DNA from: Bacilli bacterium
Lineage (GTDB): Bacteria; Bacillota_I; Bacilli_A; RFN20; CAG-826
Reading direction: 5' to 3'
DNA length: 64,000 nt
Assembly (NCBI GenBank): GCA_045130875.1
Contig: JBGUQI010000011.1
Span: 9,828 to 73,827 of the forward strand
Shown here: positions 60,596 through 64,000 of the stretch, piece by piece
How the letters are laid out: every line of letters starts with the position of its first letter
Position numbering within the stretch: position 1 is the first letter of the stretch
Translations under genes and position numbers: made by a program
Notes under the pieces: model-generated
What the model saw: the letters and a program-made list of their open reading frames with translations, nothing else
The model's database searches: none
What the model was told of the DNA's origin: nothing

Positions 60596-62134
60596 TTATT
60601 GTTGTTCTCCTTCTTCTATTTTAGCACTTTCTTCAGGTTCCAACTTGTTATTACGTTTTTCAATTAAATTACAGACGTTATAAGTAATGATGCCAAGGAT
60701 TAAAGCAGTAGCAATTGCGGTAATTTGAATAAAATTATCTCCGCCAATAGGAATAATAATGGCTAATCCACCAATACCAGAGATGAGAATTGCAGCAATA
60801 GTAAATAAGTTTTTGTTTTCGCCCAAGTCAACTTGTTTAAACATTCTAAAGCCGCTAACAGCGATGAAGCCATAGAGTGTTAAACAAACACCACCCATAA
60901 CGCAGTTTGGAATGGTTCTAAGAGCAGCATTCAATGGAGAAATGAATGATAAGACAATTAACATAAGTGCGGCCACTAAGATAGTTCTAACAGAAGCATT
61001 TCTGGTAATGGCGACACAGCCAACGGATTCACCATAGGTGGTGTTTGGACAGATACCGAACATTGTGCCAGCGATGGAGCCAACACCATCACCCATAAGG
61101 GTTCTTTTTAATCCGGGTTCTTCTAATAATGGTCTATCAATGATAGAACCTAAGTTTGTATGGTCTGCAACGTGTTCTGCGAAAGTAACTAATGCCACAG
61201 GGATAAAGGCTAACGCACAGGTTGCCACACCAGTCCAGTTGAGGATTTGTGGACCAACACCATTGTTAACGGCTTTAATAGCTTCAAGGAGTTGTGCATC
61301 GGTTAATTCAGCAGCGCCTTCAATCACTAAACCATTATTGCTCATATAAGCTTCCATGATAGCGCGTGATGGCATGCCATTAACTAATTCTTTAATACCT
61401 TCCACTAAACCGATACGTGGATAATCTAAGAAGGATGTTAATCCGATATTTTTGAAATTGTTCACCAAAGGTGACCAATCAACTAATTGTAAGTATTCGA
61501 TTTTATAAATGTTACCGAAGATGGTAAAGATAGAGGCAACTGCATATCCCGCTAAAATACCAATAATAAAGGGGATGAGTCTAGCGCTCTTAAATCTCTT
61601 TTGAACGGAGCAAATGATGATTGTGAAGAATGTCACTAAGCCACAGAAGAGGGCTAATAAGTTATAAGTCATTCCACTACCAGTGGCTTTGACGATGTCG
61701 CCCATCGCATTAACAGCAAGTGATAAACCGATTAAAGCAACTGTGGGGCCAATAATGACTGGTGGCATTAATTTATGAATCCAGCCTGTACCGACAAACT
61801 TAATAATGATGGCGATAACCACATAAACTAAGCCAGCAAAGACAGATCCTAAGACAATGCCCATATAGCCAAACGCAACTGCGCTGGCAAGTGATCCTAA
61901 GAAAGCGAAGGAGCTTGAGATGACCACTGGGCTCTTAAATTTTGTAAATAGTAAATAGACGATGGTACCAACACCAGCACCCAAGATAGCAGCGGGAATT
62001 TGGATTGGAAGACCAATAATTGTTGGCACGGCGATTGTCGCGGCCAAGACAGCGAGAACTTGTTGAAGCGCAAATAGTAATAACTTCGAAATCTTTGGTT
62101 TGTCTTCAACTTGGTAAATCAAATTGTTACCCAT
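60596..62134 (-). CDS. NCS2-family nucleobase permease (uracil/xanthine permease, PyrP/UraA-like) with a ~60-aa internal insertion
   Basis: FALQQVLAV, IPVALVTFAEHVADH and NTTYGESVGCVAITR match the UraA/PyrP core. 512 aa against about 430 typical. GGAGG SD. Confidence 0.85.
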   Translation of the reverse strand: MGNNLIYQVEDKPKISKLLLFALQQVLAVLAATIAVPTIIGLPIQIPAAILGAGVGTIVYLLFTKFKSPVVISSSFAFLGSLASAVAFGYMGIVLGSVFAGLVYVVIAIIIKFVGTGWIHKLMPPVIIGPTVALIGLSLAVNAMGDIVKATGSGMTYNLLALFCGLVTFFTIIICSVQKRFKSARLIPFIIGILAGYAVASIFTIFGNIYKIEYLQLVDWSPLVNNFKNIGLTSFLDYPRIGLVEGIKELVNGMPSRAIMEAYMSNNGLVIEGAAELTDAQLLEAIKAVNNGVGPQILNWTGVATCALAFIPVALVTFAEHVADHTNLGSIIDRPLLEEPGLKRTLMGDGVGSIAGTMFGICPNTTYGESVGCVAITRNASVRTILVAALMLIVLSFISPLNAALRTIPNCVMGGVCLTLYGFIAVSGFRMFKQVDLGENKNLFTIAAILISGIGGLAIIIPIGGDNFIQITAIATALILGIITYNVCNLIEKRNNKLEPEESAKIEEGEQQ

Positions 62135-62154
62135 AAATTTTTCCTCCTTAGATT

Positions 62155-62183
62155 AAAAAAATACTCGCCATTAACGACGAGTA
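62155..62183 (-). terminator. Leader terminator/attenuator hairpin immediately upstream of the permease RBS
   Basis: Minus-strand RNA: UACUCGUC-guuaau-GGCGAGUA (8 bp including one G-U) followed by U7. The U-tract ends 7 nt before the GGAGG SD. Confidence 0.65.
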
Positions 62184-62300
62184 ATTTTAGGCACTGATTT
62201 TGTAGGGAGAGGGAATTTAGAGGCGACACCACCCTTATGGAAGTAACATCCCATCAAGATGAAGCGTCTAATCTTCTCCATAATCACACCTATTGCTAAT

Positions 62301-62329
62301 ATTTTAGACAAAAATTTAGAGTATGACAA
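62301..62329 (-). promoter_or_regulatory. Candidate sigma-A promoter for the permease-upp-prs-hpt unit
   Basis: Minus strand: TTGTCA (62329-62324), 17-nt spacer, TAAAAT (62306-62301). Predicts a ~160-nt leader. Confidence 0.45.
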
Positions 62330-62430
62330 CAAGAAAATAGAACTATTTTTAAAAAAATTTATTTTTTTATATAATGACGAAAATATTAAAAATACACTAC
62401 AATTTTGACAATATTTTATAGGGAAGATAT

Positions 62431-63396
62431 TTATCTATCTTCTCTAAAATAATTGACCCCTAATCCTGCCGGTGGCTGAGTCTCTCTCTTATTGAATAAT
62501 GAGATTATGACAAGCACGATAATCGTGACAAAATAGGGAATGAGTTCAATAATTTTTCCCGCCGGACCAGCAGGAGCGATAAAGACTGGTAATTGATATA
62601 ATGCCGCAAACAAGAACGATCCAGCAATAGCAATGCCAGGATTCCAAATAGAGAAGATAACTAAAGCCACTGCTAACCAGCCAAATGATTCAATGTTAAA
62701 TTCTAGAGCGCCATTATTCATGACCATGAGGTAATATAACCCACCTAATCCAGAGATACAGGAACCAATTAATGTTGCGACATATTTATAAGCAATAACA
62801 TTAACACCACTAGCATCTGCGGTACTAGGATTTTCACCAACCGCTCTTAAAGAGAGACCGACTTTTGTTTTCTTTAATACAATTAAAGCCACAACGGCAA
62901 TAATAATGGCTAAATAAACCAAGAAGCTATAAGAAAGGAATAATTGAGTAAACCAATTGGATTCGCAAAATGCTTTAGGGAATAATCTCTGATAATAATT
63001 TGAAGAAAGAATAGAGAATCCGGTATTACCAGTAATATTACTGACAAATGGGAATATGCCGGCGCCTAATGTGGTAATCGTTAAACCAGTAACATTTTGA
63101 TTACATTGTAAGGAATCCACCAAGAAGCAATATAATAGGCCTGTTAAGCCTGCAAATAAGAGACAGAATAATATAGGTATTAAAATACCTAAAAATCCGT
63201 TAGCGTGACTGACACCACCGATTGTGGAGATATAAATCTTGGCACCAACAACTGCACCGGTTGCGCCCATACACATAATACCTGGGGTACCTAAATTCAG
63301 ATGACCGCTCTTCTCGGTCATGATCTCCCCAGTAGACCCAAATAGGAAAAGAATCATGACACGGATAACGCCTCTAATATATGTAATAAACATCAT
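62431..63396 (-). CDS. BMP-family (nucleoside/simple sugar) ABC transporter permease, YufQ/NupQ-like
   Basis: LFGSTGEIMTEKSGHLNLGTPGIM matches the conserved N-terminal G-E-x-x-x-E-x-x-G-x-x-N-L-G motif. Polytopic. ATGATGA-type 4-nt overlap with the upstream permease gene. Confidence 0.8.
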   Translation of the reverse strand: MMFITYIRGVIRVMILFLFGSTGEIMTEKSGHLNLGTPGIMCMGATGAVVGAKIYISTIGGVSHANGFLGILIPILFCLLFAGLTGLLYCFLVDSLQCNQNVTGLTITTLGAGIFPFVSNITGNTGFSILSSNYYQRLFPKAFCESNWFTQLFLSYSFLVYLAIIIAVVALIVLKKTKVGLSLRAVGENPSTADASGVNVIAYKYVATLIGSCISGLGGLYYLMVMNNGALEFNIESFGWLAVALVIFSIWNPGIAIAGSFLFAALYQLPVFIAPAGPAGKIIELIPYFVTIIVLVIISLFNKRETQPPAGLGVNYFREDR

Positions 63397-64000
63397 TGCG
63401 TGATTTCCTCCTTTCCATCAGGTTTCTTCTTTCGTAGGAAAGAGGGAAGAACTATATTAACTTTGAAATTAATAAAGAATGTGGAAACGATAATCAATAT
63501 GAAGAAAATACCAGTTAAAACATTACTAATTGTGGATGAATAACCAATCCACGCTGCGGCATTGCTACTACCGATAGAAACAAAGGCCACAAGGAAGGCA
63601 TATAAAGCGATTAGTGGAATGGAGAAATTACCTAACCACGCCACCAAAATCGCGGTAAAACCCCTGCCTCCGACAATATTACTAGTTACTGTATGGCTAC
63701 CACCAGCCACGATTAAGAAGCCGGCAACACCACATAATGCACCTGACATAATAAGGGTTCTAATGATAACTGATTTAACATTGATACCGACATATTTCGC
63801 GGTATTTGTACTACCGCCAACAACAGATAATTCATAACCGTGTTGTGAGAATCTTAAATATGCCCATACAACACCAGCTAGTATTGCAATGATAATAATA
63901 TTGATTAAATAACTATTTCTAAAGCTTCCAACTAAAGGTAACCAACCTTCATGTTTAGCGCCGTTAATAATTCCAAGAACATTACTACCGGAAGTTGACC
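63393..64000 (-). CDS. BMP-family ABC transporter permease (YufP/NupP-like); C-terminal part, gene runs off the right edge
   Basis: The track lists only 63393..63749 from an internal Met. My upstream translation in the same frame stays open to at least ~63890 (not traced to 64000): ...IIIAILAGVVWAYLRFSQHGYELSVVGGSTNTAKYVGINVKSVIIRTLIMSGALCGVAGFLIV..., a typical permease core. Confidence 0.8.
   Translation of the reverse strand, partial: STSGSNVLGIINGAKHEGWLPLVGSFRNSYLINIIIIAILAGVVWAYLRFSQHGYELSVVGGSTNTAKYVGINVKSVIIRTLIMSGALCGVAGFLIVAGGSHTVTSNIVGGRGFTAILVAWLGNFSIPLIALYAFLVAFVSIGSSNAAAWIGYSSTISNVLTGIFFILIIVSTFFINFKVNIVLPSFLRKKKPDGKEEITQ

Noticed and set aside
62205-62232. Purine-rich GGGAGAGGGAAUUUAGAGGCG, superficially like the PyrR-binding CCAGAGAGG loop.
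   Set aside because: It reads that way only on the plus strand, whereas the downstream genes are transcribed from the minus strand. The minus-strand RNA carries the pyrimidine-rich complement instead.
1-64000. I searched by eye for CRISPR repeats, tRNA/rRNA genes, transposases, integrases, phage genes, toxin-antitoxin or restriction/defence genes, and flanking direct repeats that would mark the glycan island as mobile.
   Set aside because: None was recognised. Every long ORF is accounted for by transport, glycan metabolism, surface proteins or nucleotide salvage. The only long-range nucleotide repeat found is the 54-nt intragenic block, which is reported as a finding.

Overview
This is a low-GC window (roughly one-third G+C by eye). 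It reads cleanly in the standard genetic code and is coded almost entirely on the minus strand. Membrane anchoring uses only lipoboxes and C-terminal transmembrane (TM) helices; I found no LPXTG motif. That pattern suggests a Bacillota or Mollicutes-like, possibly wall-less, organism, but this is inference.

Positions 1-58.2 kb form one large carbohydrate-utilisation island. It contains:
- three CUT1-type sugar ABC importers, each with a solute-binding lipoprotein (SBP) and two permeases;
- two short MalK-like ATPases, each translationally coupled to small or polytopic membrane proteins;
- recognisable glycosidases and esterases: a GH2 beta-mannosidase-like protein, a GH78 rhamnosidase, a GH36/27-like alpha-galactosidase and two alpha/beta-hydrolases;
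- three putative glycosidases I cannot place in a family;
- NagA with a sugar kinase, and three AraC regulators;
- six very large (757-1209 aa) mosaic surface proteins. Each has an N-terminal signal peptide and a C-terminal TM anchor, and each lies in or beside the transporter operons.

These six proteins and their reiterated cassette context are my best candidate for an undescribed system, namely a surface glycan-capture apparatus feeding ABC importers. The right flank (58.4-64 kb) is ordinary nucleotide salvage: hpt, prs, upp, a uracil/xanthine-family permease behind an attenuator-like leader, and BMP-type nucleoside ABC permeases.

I recognised no rRNA, tRNA, CRISPR array, transposase or integrase. 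All family assignments come from motif recognition by eye; no database search was possible.
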